From Nannocystis bainbridge (GTDB lineage: Bacteria > Myxococcota_A > Polyangia > Nannocystales > Nannocystaceae), in NCBI RefSeq assembly GCF_028368995.1, contig NZ_JAQNDL010000002.1, forward strand, positions 160,001 to 224,000: a stretch of 64,000 nt of DNA, written 5' to 3'. Position 1 is the first letter of the stretch. Every line of letters starts with the position of its first letter. Position numbers and translations under genes: made by a program. Of the stretch, positions 10,724 through 22,939 are shown in pieces. The notes beneath the pieces were generated by a model. That model worked only from the letters and a program-made list of their open reading frames with translations. It was not told the DNA's origin and did not search any database.

Positions 10724-11130
10724 CGGACGGCGATCAAGCGGGCGGCCTGGTGCTGGTCGTCGACGACGATCTGGACGTGTGCGAGACGCTGCAGACGGTG
10801 CTCGAGGTGTCGGGCTATCGGGTGGTGGCCGCGAGCAACGGCCGCGAAGCGTTGATGACGCTGCGCAGCGGGGTCCGCCCCTGCCTGGTGCTGCTCGACC
10901 TGATGATGCCGGTGATGAACGGGATCGAGTTCCGCGCCGAGCAACGCGGCGATCCGAAGCTCGCGGAGGTGCCGGTGGTGGTGGTGTCGGGCGATCACGG
11001 CGTGGCCGAGAAGGCGACGGCGATGGGCCTCGAAGGGTTGAGCAAGCCGATCGACATCGACGACCTGCTGCAGGTGGTGGGCCGCTTCTGCGGGCCCCCG
11101 GCGTGCACGTGCGGAGGGGCCGGGGAGTAG
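10720..11130 (+). CDS. Single-domain response regulator
   Basis: VLVVDDD, LLDLMMP, SKPID; ATGA overlap with the upstream kinase stop. Confidence 0.92.
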   Translation: MTDGDQAGGLVLVVDDDLDVCETLQTVLEVSGYRVVAASNGREALMTLRSGVRPCLVLLDLMMPVMNGIEFRAEQRGDPKLAEVPVVVVSGDHGVAEKATAMGLEGLSKPIDIDDLLQVVGRFCGPPACTCGGAGE

Positions 11131-11143
11131 CTGATTCGCGCGC

Positions 11144-11172
11144 TTGACAACTAATAAGCATTGGCTTATGAG
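11144..11172 (+). promoter_or_regulatory. Sigma70-type promoter with overlapping palindromic operator (likely ArsR autoregulation)
   Basis: TTGACA (11144-11149), 17 nt, TATGAG (11167-11172); inverted repeat ATAAGC-N4-GCTTAT (11154-11169). Confidence 0.7.
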
Positions 11173-11178
11173 TTGGAC

Positions 11179-11508
11179 ATGCAGAGCGCGGCCGTGCTCG
11201 AGGACAGGGTTTTCCAGGCGCTGGCGGATCCCAGCCGTCGGGCCATCTTCGAGTCGCTCACGCGGGGCGAGGCGGCGGTGAAGGACCTCACCGCGCGCTT
11301 CGACATCTCGCAGCCCGCGGTGTCGCAGCACCTCGCCACGTTGAAGGACGCCGGCCTGGTCAACGGCCGGCGCGAGGGGCGTTGCGTCTACTACCGGGTC
11401 GAGCCGCGCGGCATGAAGCCTCTCATCGACTGGATCGAACACTACCGTGCCTTCTGGACGGAGCACGTCGATCGCCTCGATCAACTCCTCAAGAGGATGG
11501 AGCCATGA
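11179..11508 (+). CDS. ArsR/SmtB family transcriptional regulator
   Basis: FQALADPSRRAI, ISQPAVSQHL, GLV...REGR motifs. Confidence 0.92.
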   Translation: MQSAAVLEDRVFQALADPSRRAIFESLTRGEAAVKDLTARFDISQPAVSQHLATLKDAGLVNGRREGRCVYYRVEPRGMKPLIDWIEHYRAFWTEHVDRLDQLLKRMEP

Positions 11509-11945
11509 GTCTCACCGACAAGACCGAAGCATCGCAGACGGAAGCCCTCACCTTCGAATTCGACCTGGCGCACCCGCCCGAGAAGGTGTGGCGCGCGCTC
11601 ACCGACCCGGAGCTGCTCGCGGAGTGGCTCTTGCCCGTGACCGGGTTCCGGCTCGCGCCGGGGGCGGCGTTCACGTTCAAGACACAGGCCTATCCCGGCT
11701 GGGACGGCACCGTGAACTGCCGGCTCGTCGAGATCGAGGCCCAGCGCAAGATCAGCTACACGTGGAGCGTCCCGTTCCTCGACACCGTCGTGACCTTCAC
11801 GATCACGCCGACGACCGCGGGGACGCGGCTGTCGCTGGTGCAGTCGGGCTTCAAGTCGGACCAGAAGCAGGAATTCGGCGGCGCCCGCTACGGCTGGAAG
11901 ATGATGGGCGGCAGGCTCGTCGAGCTGCTCGACAAGATCGCGTGA
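11505..11945 (+). CDS. SRPBCC (AHSA1-like) domain protein
   Basis: HPPEKVWRALTDPELLAEW...GTRLSLVQSGF...GW; ATGA-coupled to ArsR, a common pairing. Confidence 0.88.
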   Translation: MSLTDKTEASQTEALTFEFDLAHPPEKVWRALTDPELLAEWLLPVTGFRLAPGAAFTFKTQAYPGWDGTVNCRLVEIEAQRKISYTWSVPFLDTVVTFTITPTTAGTRLSLVQSGFKSDQKQEFGGARYGWKMMGGRLVELLDKIA

Positions 11946-12103
11946 GCCGTCCGCGGCTCGCATCGATGACATGATCAAGGTCGGGCGTGGGGGCCACGAT
12001 GTTCGTGGTCCACGCGTCCCGTGCCCATGTACTGGGGTCGATCGGCGAGGCGCTCGGGTCCTCGTCGTGACTCCGCTTCACGCGTGTTCACAAGGAGGTT
12101 GCA

Positions 12104-12322
12104 ATGCGAACGAACAACTGGATTCGGCAGACCCATCGCTGGCTGTCGATCGCCTTCACGGTGGCTGTGCTCGTCAACATCATCGCCATGGGCGTCGGCT
12201 CGCAGGCGGTCTGGATCGGCCTCGTGGCCCTGTTTCCGTTGATCCTGCTGATGATCAGCGGGCTCTACCTGTTTGTGCTGCCGTACCTCGCCAAGGGACG
12301 CGGCGCCGCGGCTCGCGGGTGA
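12104..12322 (+). CDS. Small two-TM membrane protein
   Basis: RBS AAGGAGG upstream; RQTHRWLSIAFT followed by two hydrophobic helices. Confidence 0.75.
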   Translation: MRTNNWIRQTHRWLSIAFTVAVLVNIIAMGVGSQAVWIGLVALFPLILLMISGLYLFVLPYLAKGRGAAARG

Positions 12323-12369
12323 CCTGCGAAGTCAATCCGCACTTGACACTCCCCTGAGACTCGACGTTC

Positions 12370-14766
<2,397 letters not shown>

Positions 14767-14778
14767 GCTCGGAGGCGA

Positions 14779-14800
14779 GTGAGCGTCCCTGGACGCTCAC
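14779..14800. terminator. Hairpin between convergent genes (possible bidirectional terminator)
   Basis: GTGAGCGTCC-CT-GGACGCTCAC perfect inverted repeat 12 nt after the uvrA-like stop; no U-tract. Confidence 0.45.
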
Positions 14801-14865
14801 CGCGTGAGGCCGCGGCTCGCCGCGGAGTCGCGGATTGCCGGCGCTCCGTGGGCGCCCGCGGCTGC

Positions 14866-16722
14866 TCACGAGGGGTGCGTGGTCGAGGCTGGGGGAGCGT
14901 CGCGGAGGCGGGCCGGGAGGCCGACGCGCCAGAGGCTCGCCTGCAAATGCCAGCGCGCGCCCCCGTCGAGCTCCTGGGCGTCGAGGAAGGCGGTGATACG
15001 CGCGGGACCCAGCTCGGTGCAGCGCTTGACGGCTTGCTCGTGCTCGCGGGCTCGCTTGCGATCGGCCCACGGTTCGAGATCGTCGGCGCGGTGCAACATC
15101 GCCAGCCACAGCCGCGGGAGGGCCGCGGCGGGCAGTGACTCACTGCTGCGCTCGAGGGAGCGGCGGGCTGCGTCCGCGAGCTCGCGCGCGGCGTCGATGC
15201 GGCTCGCGGGCGCCCCCTCGAGGACGGGCAGTTGGTCGAGCCACTCGAGCGTCGCAACCACGCCGAAGGCGAGGTGGAAGGTCGGCGAGGCGAGGACCGG
15301 CGATTCGGCGAGCGCGCGGCCGAACGCGAGGATGATGCGAGGCTCGCGGGTGCGCTCCAGCAGGTCGAAGAGGTGCTCGCAAGCGAGATCGCGGACGGGG
15401 GCGCGGGGCGTCGCGCGGAGGGTCGCCATGGCCGCGTCGGCCCGCTTGCGGACGGCCGCGCGGCGTTTGGCCTCGCCGTCGTCGCGGTGGACGCTGGCGG
15501 CGAACAGCAGATCGACGGCCGCGTCGGCCGTGTCGCCGCGGGCCAGCGCGACGGCGGCCCGGCGTTCGGCGAGCTCGCGCGCGAGGTCGAGGAACCACCA
15601 GTCGCGCTTCTGCTTGCGGGCCGCGGCGAGCAATTGCTCGAGCTCCGCCGCGAGCCCGCCGGCGCCCTGCGGGGCGAGCTCGGCGAGGATCGCCGGCACC
15701 TCGGGTTGCTCGCCGGCGATCAGCGATCCGACGACCGCCGCCGCGTCGACGGTCGGCAGGGCGCGGAACTCGTCCCGCGTCCACACGCGCAATTCGCCGG
15801 CGTCGCCCTCGCAGAGCAGCGTGCCGCCGGCCGCGAGCGCGACGCGAGCCGCGGGCTTCGGCAACTGACGCGCGACCCGGCGACCCTGCGCGTCGACGAC
15901 CTCGACGAGCTGTGACCGGGCGCGCACGGCCGCCCAGCCGTTGGCGGCGAAGCAGGCGTGCTGCGGCGCGAACGGGACGGACAGCCAGGTGATCGCGGGG
16001 GTGCGGCCGCCGAGGCGCACGAGCGCCAGCGCGTCGGCGGTGCCGAGGAGCAGCTCGCGCTCGCGGACGGCGAAGATCCGCGGCGCGACCAGGCGCTTGT
16101 CATCGAAGCGGACCTCGGCGCCGCGATCGGGGCGCAGGAGCGCCTCCCCGGTCGCGCCGAAGATCACCAGCGCGCCGTCGACGAGGGCCAGCGCCGCGGC
16201 GGTGACATCGAGCGGGAGCTCGCGCGCGCCGGCAGGCGTGACCTCGAACAGCCGCGAGCCGGAGGCAGCCCTTCGTCGCGCGCCGCGAGGCTTCCGCTCG
16301 TCCGCCGCCGGGCTGACGCAGGCGAGGACGCGGGGCGCGGTGGCGTCGACGGCGAGCGCGACGAGCTCGGGCAAGCCGGCCTCGTCATCCCACTCCAGCG
16401 GGAGCGCGCCGCGGAGCTCCAGCTCGCCTGCGGGCCCGAAGCGCTCGATCCAGAGCTGCTGCTCGTCCCAGTACACGATCGCAAACGAGCGGCCGTCGGC
16501 GGCGTGGGCGAGCGCGAGGACCTCGCCGTGATAGGTGTCGCCGTCGCGCACGACGCGGCGGCGCCAGCGATCGCCGTCGCGTCGGTGATGCACGACGTCG
16601 CCGCCGCGGTGGTGCGGCACGAAGGCGTGGACGGCGACCAGTGATTCGCCGACCGGCAGCAGGTCGAGCAGCGCAGGGCTGCGGACGCCCGAGCGGAGGA
16701 TGGTTCGGGGGCGAGTGGGCAT
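14866..16722 (-). CDS. Hypothetical protein (beta-propeller-like N-half, helical C-half)
   Basis: Protein-like composition from MPTRPRTIL at ATG 16722; no recognisable motif. Confidence 0.65.
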   Translation of the reverse strand: MPTRPRTILRSGVRSPALLDLLPVGESLVAVHAFVPHHRGGDVVHHRRDGDRWRRRVVRDGDTYHGEVLALAHAADGRSFAIVYWDEQQLWIERFGPAGELELRGALPLEWDDEAGLPELVALAVDATAPRVLACVSPAADERKPRGARRRAASGSRLFEVTPAGARELPLDVTAAALALVDGALVIFGATGEALLRPDRGAEVRFDDKRLVAPRIFAVRERELLLGTADALALVRLGGRTPAITWLSVPFAPQHACFAANGWAAVRARSQLVEVVDAQGRRVARQLPKPAARVALAAGGTLLCEGDAGELRVWTRDEFRALPTVDAAAVVGSLIAGEQPEVPAILAELAPQGAGGLAAELEQLLAAARKQKRDWWFLDLARELAERRAAVALARGDTADAAVDLLFAASVHRDDGEAKRRAAVRKRADAAMATLRATPRAPVRDLACEHLFDLLERTREPRIILAFGRALAESPVLASPTFHLAFGVVATLEWLDQLPVLEGAPASRIDAARELADAARRSLERSSESLPAAALPRLWLAMLHRADDLEPWADRKRAREHEQAVKRCTELGPARITAFLDAQELDGGARWHLQASLWRVGLPARLRDAPPASTTHPS

Positions 16723-16757
16723 GCGACCTCGCCATTGTATGGCGCGAGGCCGTCCGG

Positions 16758-18221
16758 TCAGTCGAGTCGGCCGTGCCAGATCGATCGGTCGCCGACCTGG
16801 TACTGGCCGCACACCGCGAACTCGAGCGCGCCGGCCTGGCCCTGCTGATAGGTTGGAGATTCGACGTAGATGGCCGAGGGCGCGGCGAAGCCGGGGCCGG
16901 GGCTGGCGACCTCGAGGACCTCGGCGTCCGCCCACGCGACCGGGCCGCCCGGCGCGGGGGCCCGCAACAGCTCGACGCCCTGGCCACTGAGGCTGCCGCG
17001 GATCAGCCACAGGGGAGCGCCGGCCGGCCGGGCGAAGCGGGCGCGGTAGGTGTCGGCGAACACGTGCAGCGGGGAGGTGTGGGTGTCCCAGGCGGCGCCG
17101 GCGGGGCGGTGGTAGTAGGCGACGACGTCGTCGAAGTAGGCCAGCACGTGGGTGTCGCCGGCCGGATCGTGGAACAGATCGGCGCCGCTCTGGACCTGGG
17201 CGGCTGGATCGGGTGGCTCCAAGGACATGTACTTCGGGACCTGTCCCATGGTGACATCGGCGACCACCGCGGCGTAGCTGCCGTCGGGGTAGTTGCCGGT
17301 GAAGGTCTGGCCGACCAGCGCCAATTCGCCGCCGGGCGTGGCCATGGCGTGCACGTAGCCGAGGTCGTTGGCGCCGCCGAGATCGACCTGGACCGGGCCG
17401 TTCCAGCCGCCGCCGTAATTGTACGTGTAGATCCATTGACCGGGCCCGCCGCCCGCGCCGACGACGGTAAACCACACGACCCGCGCGCCCGGGCCGAGCA
17501 CCGCGGCGCCGACGTAATTGGAGGAGGGCGGGGTGGTGTAGACATTGCCGCTGACGAGCACCGCGTTGCAGGCCCGCAGCGCCGGATCGGCGGTGTCCAG
17601 ATAGCACTCCTCGAGGAACTGCTGCTGAATGTTGACGCCGTAGGTGTAGAGCATCGAGCCGACGAGGATGCTGGCGGCGTTCTGCTGCACGCCGTCGGTG
17701 TGCGGCTGCTCGGCGACGAGGCTCCACGCGGGTTCGTCGGGGCCGCGGCGGAAGTAGCGGATGGTGCGGTTGTGAAGCACGTCCTCGCCGGCGTCGACGT
17801 GGAACCACAGGCTGCCGTCGGGCGCGCGCATGAGGCCGCGCAGGTGCGGGCCCCAGCCGCCGTGCATCTCGACGTAGGCGCGGTTGTCGTCGGTGATGAG
17901 CGTCAGCGCGACGTTCGGCGGCGGCTCGGTCCCGGTGGTGCTCGTTGTTGAAGTGTCGGTGGTGGCAGTGCCCGTGGTGGTTGCATCGGGCCCGTCGCTG
18001 GTGGTGGTGGGAGCCGCGGTGGTGGTCGTGCTGGTCGTCGTCGTGGTGTCGGCGCTGGTGCTGGGCGGAGCGGTCGCGGTGGTGGTCGTGGTCGTCGGTG
18101 TGTCGGTGGTGCCCGCGTCGCCGGCGGGGCAGGCGGTGAGCCCCACGGCGAGGCATGCACCTGCGGCCAGGCCGGCGAGGGTTTCACGAGGGGGGCGCAG
18201 GCCAGCCGCGGCGAGGGTCAT
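16758..18221 (-). CDS. Lipoprotein with Thr-rich stalk and beta-rich (propeller-like) domain
   Basis: Lipobox GLTAC, ~75-aa Thr-rich linker, aromatic/Gly-rich globular domain. Start uncertain. Confidence 0.8.
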   Translation of the reverse strand: MTLAAAGLRPPRETLAGLAAGACLAVGLTACPAGDAGTTDTPTTTTTTATAPPSTSADTTTTTSTTTTAAPTTTSDGPDATTTGTATTDTSTTSTTGTEPPPNVALTLITDDNRAYVEMHGGWGPHLRGLMRAPDGSLWFHVDAGEDVLHNRTIRYFRRGPDEPAWSLVAEQPHTDGVQQNAASILVGSMLYTYGVNIQQQFLEECYLDTADPALRACNAVLVSGNVYTTPPSSNYVGAAVLGPGARVVWFTVVGAGGGPGQWIYTYNYGGGWNGPVQVDLGGANDLGYVHAMATPGGELALVGQTFTGNYPDGSYAAVVADVTMGQVPKYMSLEPPDPAAQVQSGADLFHDPAGDTHVLAYFDDVVAYYHRPAGAAWDTHTSPLHVFADTYRARFARPAGAPLWLIRGSLSGQGVELLRAPAPGGPVAWADAEVLEVASPGPGFAAPSAIYVESPTYQQGQAGALEFAVCGQYQVGDRSIWHGRLD

Positions 18222-18284
18222 GGCGCCATGGTGACGCGTCGCCGGGCGCGAGGGCGCGCCCGGCGACATGCGAAAAAACCGGCG

Positions 18285-19031
18285 TCAGAAGCCGCAGCAG
18301 CGAGCGGCCTCGGCGAGCACCGCGTCGCCCGTGGCGCACACGTCCTCGGAGGCGCACTCACCGAGCTCCACGCCGCCCTCGAGGCAGGTGCAGGTCGAGC
18401 CGTCGCAGATCATCTGCCGCAGCGGCGCATCCATGCACTCGATCTGCAACTCGCACGCGTCGTCGCTGGTGGACATGCTCTGCGAGCATTCGTCCCCGGC
18501 GCAGACGTCGGTCACGGCGGCCTCCTGCTCGCTGCACGGCCCGCCTTGCTCGATCGAGCCCAGCAGATCTTCGCAGCCGAGGGCGGTGAAGCAGCCGAGG
18601 ACTTCGAGGTTGGCCTGCTTGCAAGCGCCGGCGAGGCCGATCTGGTTGTCGGCGCAGCCTTCGATGCAGCCGGCGAGGTCGGGCTGAAAGCCGCACGCCT
18701 CCCACCGCTCGCAGTAGGCCTGGCAGGCGCTCAGGGCGTCGGGATCGACCTCGCCGGTGGTGGTGTCGGGCCCGGTGGTGGCGTCGCCGGTGGTGGCGTC
18801 GCCGGTGGTGGTGTCACCGGTGGTGCCGTCGCCGGTAGTCTCGCCGTCCTCGGTGGTCGAGGTGGTGGGCGCTTCGGTGGTGGTGGGCGCGGTCTCGGTC
18901 GTGGAAGACGCCGCGTCGGTGGTCGATGCTTCGGCGGTCGCGTCGGTGGTCTCCGGGGCGTCGTCGTCGTCGCCGCACGCGCCGGTGAAGAGGAGCAGGG
19001 CGAGGGTGGATACGTAGGATCGTGAGGTCAT
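18285..19031 (-). CDS. Lipoprotein with Thr-rich stalk and Cys-rich domain
   Basis: LALLLFTGAC lipobox, TTGD repeats, C-terminal domain with many paired Cys. Confidence 0.85.
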   Translation of the reverse strand: MTSRSYVSTLALLLFTGACGDDDDAPETTDATAEASTTDAASSTTETAPTTTEAPTTSTTEDGETTGDGTTGDTTTGDATTGDATTGPDTTTGEVDPDALSACQAYCERWEACGFQPDLAGCIEGCADNQIGLAGACKQANLEVLGCFTALGCEDLLGSIEQGGPCSEQEAAVTDVCAGDECSQSMSTSDDACELQIECMDAPLRQMICDGSTCTCLEGGVELGECASEDVCATGDAVLAEAARCCGF

Positions 19032-19317
19032 GATAATTCCAGGCGGTGCCGCGATTCGCGGGGCCATCGGGCCCCCGTCGCTGCGCCGCACGGGAGTAGC
19101 TGCGTCGGTAGCGACGAAGGATCACGGCGGTGATGCGGAGCGGCCGTTCGCAGCCGCACGTCGAAAGCGTGGGCGAACGAGCCGAGCCAGTGAAACCAAT
19201 CGGGCCGGGTCGAGGGCGGCGAAAGGTTTCGCGCGGAGGTCGAAGTTTGCCGCTCGCTCGCGTTCGTGGACGGGTCGAGCGGTCGAGAGCGCGAGCTCGA
19301 CGAAGGTGAGCCGACGA

Positions 19318-19403
19318 TGTCGAGGTAGCGGCATGTCCACGAGGACATGTCTAAAAAGAAATGTGCTTAGGAGCATGTCGATGAAGACATGTCGAATGGG
19401 ACA
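19318..19403. repeat. Array of 14-bp units in a divergent intergenic region
   Basis: Units at 19334 (TGTCC-ACGA-GGACA), 19348, 19362, 19376, 19390, preceded by a 16-bp variant. Confidence 0.9.
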
Positions 19404-19560
19404 TACTGGTGCGTTCGTCCGTGCGGCGATCCGGCATTAAAGGAGGGATGCCGGAGGGCTGCGCTGGATGCGCGTCGACAGCGCGACCTGCCCGAAAGAG
19501 CAGGTCGGAGCGTAACCGCCCACCTGCTCTGGAAGGCCGCGAGGGGCCACAGATTCTCGC

Positions 19561-19598
19561 TTGACGCCTTACTACACCTGTAGTACTACGCTTGTCGT
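19561..19598 (+). promoter_or_regulatory. Promoter with tandem BlaI/CopY-type operators
   Basis: TTGACG at 19561; ACTACA-CC-TGTAGT (19571-19584) contains the TACA-NN-TGTA core of BlaI/MecI/CopY operators; imperfect second copy ACTACG-CT-TGTCGT (19585-19598). Confidence 0.85.
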
Positions 19599-19600
19599 TC

Positions 19601-20002
19601 ATGGGTGAGGACCACCAGCTCAGCGACTCGCAGCTCGGCCTGCTGCGGATCTTGTGGGGCCGCGGCGAGGCGACGGCGCTCGAGGTGCACGCCGTTCTGG
19701 CCGAGGGGGACCTCGGGCTCGCGCCGACCACCGTGTCGACGATGCTGTCGCGGCTGGAGAAGAAGGGGCTCCTCGCCCACCGAACGGAGGGCCGGCAATT
19801 CATCTATCGCGCGCTCGTCTGCGAGGCGGATGTGCGGCGGTCGATGCTCGGTCGGGTCACTGATTTTTTCTTCGGCGGGGACGTGCCATTGCTGGTCAGT
19901 CACCTCGTCGAGGGCCGCGGCGTCGATCCGGACGACCTCGCGCGCCTGCAACAATGTTTGGCGGAACGATCCGGTGAAGCTGAGGAACACGACGATGCTT
20001 GA
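19601..20002 (+). CDS. BlaI/MecI/CopY family repressor
   Basis: LRILWGRGEAT...LAPTTVSTMLSRLEKKGLL...GRQFIYRAL...FFGG. Confidence 0.93.
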   Translation: MGEDHQLSDSQLGLLRILWGRGEATALEVHAVLAEGDLGLAPTTVSTMLSRLEKKGLLAHRTEGRQFIYRALVCEADVRRSMLGRVTDFFFGGDVPLLVSHLVEGRGVDPDDLARLQQCLAERSGEAEEHDDA

Positions 20003-22193
20003 CCTTGCGATCGATCCTGCCGGCCTCGCCGGTCTCGCCGCGCCTGCGGCTCACAAGACGGTGAGCTGGCTCGGCACCTACTTCGTCCACAGCACCGTGA
20101 TGATCGGCGGCGTGTGGGCGTTCAGCCGCTTTTTGCCGCTCGACGCGCTGACCCGCAGCTTGCTGTGGAAGATGTCGCTGGTCGGCGGGCTGTTCACGGC
20201 GACGCTGCAGACCGGGCTCGGGGTCGAGCCGATGTTCGGCCGCGTCAACGTGGCTACCAACGAGGCGCCGACCACGGCCCCGCCGATGATCGCCGCGCCG
20301 CCGCCCCCGCTCGTGGAGGAGCCAGCGACGCTGCTGCTGCCGTTCACGCGCGCGTGCGTCGGTTGTGAGTCGCACCTGGTGGTGATCAGCGACGACGACA
20401 TGACGGCGGTGTTCGCCGCGCCGCCGCTGTTCGTCGACGTGCCGGGGTGGGCGGTCGCGCCGCCGCAGCCGCCGATGGCCGCGCCGGCGCCGCTCCAGAT
20501 GGCGACCGCGGGGCCGGTCGGGGGCGTGAGCGCGGCGGTGTGGGCGTTCGCGGGGCTGTTCGTGTTCGGGGCTGCGGCCTCGCTCGGGCGGGTCGGGCTG
20601 TCGTTCCGTCGCATGCGTCGCGGGCTCGCCGACCGGCGGGTGCTGGGCTCGGGTCCGCTGCGCGAGCGGCTGACGCGGCTCCTGGCCTCCGCGCGGGCCC
20701 CGGGCGCGAGCGTGCAGCTCAGCATGTCGGACGTGATCACCTCGCCGATCGCCATGGCGGGCCGCGAGATCGTGGTGCCGGAGCAGGCGCGCGAGCTGGC
20801 GCCGCGGCAACAGGAGGCGATGTTGGCCCACGAGCTGGCCCACGTGCTGCGCCGCGATCCGGCGTGGCAGATGCTGGCGGCGGTGGTCGAGGCGGTGCTG
20901 TTCTTCCAGCCGCTCAATCGCGTGGCCCGCCGCGGGATGCAGGAGGCGGCCGAGGAGCTGTGCGACGACTGGGCGGTGCGCCACACCGGCTCGGAGGTGC
21001 ACCTGGCGCGCTGCCTGGCCGAGGTCGCGGCGTGGCCTGGTCATCGGGACATGTCGACGTTCGCCAGCCCGATGGCGGGGCACGCGTCACAGCTGGCGCG
21101 GCGGGTGCAGCGGCTGCTGCACGTGCACCTGCGCGACCGCGGGCAGTGGGCCCGCCGCTGGCGCGTGGGCCTGGCGGCGGCGCTGCTGATGATGGTGACG
21201 TTCGGCGCGCCGGGGCTGTCGATCGCGGCGACGACCGGGCCGCACGAGCCGCAGGAGTGGCCGACGGCGCCCGACAACGGGCCGGCGCCGCAGCCTTCGC
21301 TGGCGTTCGTGCACGTGCCCGAGTCGCCGGTCGTGGTCGTGCGCACGCCCCACGATCACGCGGTGCACGGGCACGAGGTCATCGTCGTCCAGCAGTCGCA
21401 GGAGCTGACGCGCAAGCAGAAGCGACTGCTGCGCCGCGCCGAGCGTCACGCCAAGAAGGCGGCCAAGCTGCGGGCCAAGAGCGGGTACTACGCGGCGCCG
21501 GCGGTGTACGTGCCGGTGTCGCACGTCTCGCACGTCTCGCACGTCTCGCACGTCTCGCACGTGGCACCGCCGACGCCGCCGACGCCGCCCAGGCCGCCGA
21601 CGCCGCCGACGCCGCCGACGCCGCCGAGCTTCAAGGTGGTGATCGGGCACGACCACGACGACTGCGACGACGACGATCACGACGTGATGGCGCTGGCGGT
21701 GCCGCACGTGGCGGTGCATCCGGGGGCGTTCCACGTCTCGGGCTTCGACGAGGAGGCGCTGGCGGCCCATGCCGAGGCGCTGGCCGCCCAGGTCGACGCG
21801 CAGCTCCAGGGCCTCGACGAACAGATCGAGCGCGAGCTGGCCGGGGTCGATTTCGAGAAGATCGCGGCGGACGTCCAGCGCGGGGTCGCAGCCTCGCTCC
21901 AGGGAGTCCAGCGGGCGCGCGAGCAGGCGGATCGGGCCCGCGAGCAGGCGGACCGGGCGCGCGAGCAGGGCGAGCGGGCGCGCGAGCGGGGCGAGCGAGC
22001 GCGTGAGCGGGCCGAGCGGGCGCGCGAGCGGGCCGAGCAGCACTCCGACCGGGATCGCCGGCGGGGCGAGGCGGCCAGGGCCGCCGGCGCGGCCGTGCGC
22101 AGCGCGGTCGACGAGGCGCTGCGCGACGGGGTGATCGACGCCGAGGAGCAGCGCAAGATCAGCGAGGCGGCCCGCAAGGCCCGCGCGAAGTGA
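19995..22193 (+). CDS. BlaR1-like M56 metallopeptidase with low-complexity C-terminal region
   Basis: TM helices, HELAH zinc motif, FFQPL, EELCDD; overlaps the BlaI-like stop; C-terminus has VSH, PPT and heptad repeats. Confidence 0.9.
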   Translation: MLDLAIDPAGLAGLAAPAAHKTVSWLGTYFVHSTVMIGGVWAFSRFLPLDALTRSLLWKMSLVGGLFTATLQTGLGVEPMFGRVNVATNEAPTTAPPMIAAPPPPLVEEPATLLLPFTRACVGCESHLVVISDDDMTAVFAAPPLFVDVPGWAVAPPQPPMAAPAPLQMATAGPVGGVSAAVWAFAGLFVFGAAASLGRVGLSFRRMRRGLADRRVLGSGPLRERLTRLLASARAPGASVQLSMSDVITSPIAMAGREIVVPEQARELAPRQQEAMLAHELAHVLRRDPAWQMLAAVVEAVLFFQPLNRVARRGMQEAAEELCDDWAVRHTGSEVHLARCLAEVAAWPGHRDMSTFASPMAGHASQLARRVQRLLHVHLRDRGQWARRWRVGLAAALLMMVTFGAPGLSIAATTGPHEPQEWPTAPDNGPAPQPSLAFVHVPESPVVVVRTPHDHAVHGHEVIVVQQSQELTRKQKRLLRRAERHAKKAAKLRAKSGYYAAPAVYVPVSHVSHVSHVSHVSHVAPPTPPTPPRPPTPPTPPTPPSFKVVIGHDHDDCDDDDHDVMALAVPHVAVHPGAFHVSGFDEEALAAHAEALAAQVDAQLQGLDEQIERELAGVDFEKIAADVQRGVAASLQGVQRAREQADRAREQADRAREQGERARERGERARERAERARERAEQHSDRDRRRGEAARAAGAAVRSAVDEALRDGVIDAEEQRKISEAARKARAK
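21516..22040 (+). repeat. Intragenic tandem repeats in the M56 gene
   Basis: 9-nt GTCTCGCAC x5 (VSH, 21516-21560), 9-nt PPT repeats (~21567-21626), 21-nt RAREQAD-type repeats (~21911-22040). Confidence 0.85.
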
Positions 22194-22203
22194 TCTCGTA
22201 AGG

Positions 22204-22273
22204 TGTCGGAAGGGACATGCTCGTGAGAGCATGTCCCTTTATTTATGGTCGAAGGGGCATGCCCGATGGGGCA
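22204..22273. repeat. Array of five 14-bp units
   Basis: Units at 22204, 22218 (TGCTC-GTGA-GAGCA), 22232, 22246, 22260 (TGCCC-GATG-GGGCA); starts 10 nt after the M56 stop. Confidence 0.9.
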
Positions 22274-22384
22274 GCCTTCGCGGACTGTCGCAATGTGGCG
22301 GCGCTCCGGAGGCCGTCGAGCGCGGCGGCCCCGGCGAATCCCGGCCGGACTTTCGCCGCGGGGCGTCCGCTCACGCGGGCGCGG

Positions 22385-22939
22385 TCACGGAGACTTCCAG
22401 GTGCACGGATCGGGCGTGGCCTCGCCGCCGGCGTCCGGGTCGGCGGGCAGGTCGAGGGCGACGACCAGGCGGTCCTGCAGCTTGATCGCGCCGGCCAGCG
22501 CCTTGTAGGGCGCGATGCCCCACTGCGAGGGCACGAGGGTGAACTCGGCGTGCAGGCGATCGCCTTCGACGCGGACGGGGGCGCGGACCGGGACGGTCTT
22601 GCCGAGCATGACCAGCCGGCCGTCCAGGACCCCGCCCGGGGTGAGCGCGCCGGCGAAGCTGACCTCCGGGTGCTGCGCCGTCAGCAAGATCTCGTCGGTG
22701 ATGTTGCGCTGGATCTTGGCCTTGTCGCTGGCGCCGAGGCCCTCGACGTCGACCCGGCCGTCCTTGCCGACGACGCCGTCGACCTTCAGCGAGGCCGGCC
22801 AGAAGCGACCGCTGAGCGCGGTGCCATCGCGGCGGATCTCGAAGCGCCCCAGCGACAGCCGCAGATCGTGGGCGAGCCGCGCGAGCAGGCCGTCCTTGAA
22901 CGTGAACACCGTGATCTGGGCCGGTTCTGGCGTGCTCAT
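22385..22939 (-). CDS. YceI-like lipid/polyisoprenoid-binding protein
   Basis: VFTFKDGLLARLAHDL...ILLTAQHPEVSF...SQWGIAPYKALAGAIKLQD pattern. Confidence 0.75.
   Translation of the reverse strand: MSTPEPAQITVFTFKDGLLARLAHDLRLSLGRFEIRRDGTALSGRFWPASLKVDGVVGKDGRVDVEGLGASDKAKIQRNITDEILLTAQHPEVSFAGALTPGGVLDGRLVMLGKTVPVRAPVRVEGDRLHAEFTLVPSQWGIAPYKALAGAIKLQDRLVVALDLPADPDAGGEATPDPCTWKSP

Noticed and set aside
17930-18110. ACC/ACG trinucleotide runs as phase-variation tracts
   Set aside because: They are in-frame mixed Thr codons of lipoprotein stalks and cannot shift the frame.
19334-19403. Units as CRP/MrpC or NifA-type TGT...ACA sites
   Set aside because: Those sites span about 16 bp; these are 14 bp, abut in tandem and mostly lie at gene 3' ends.
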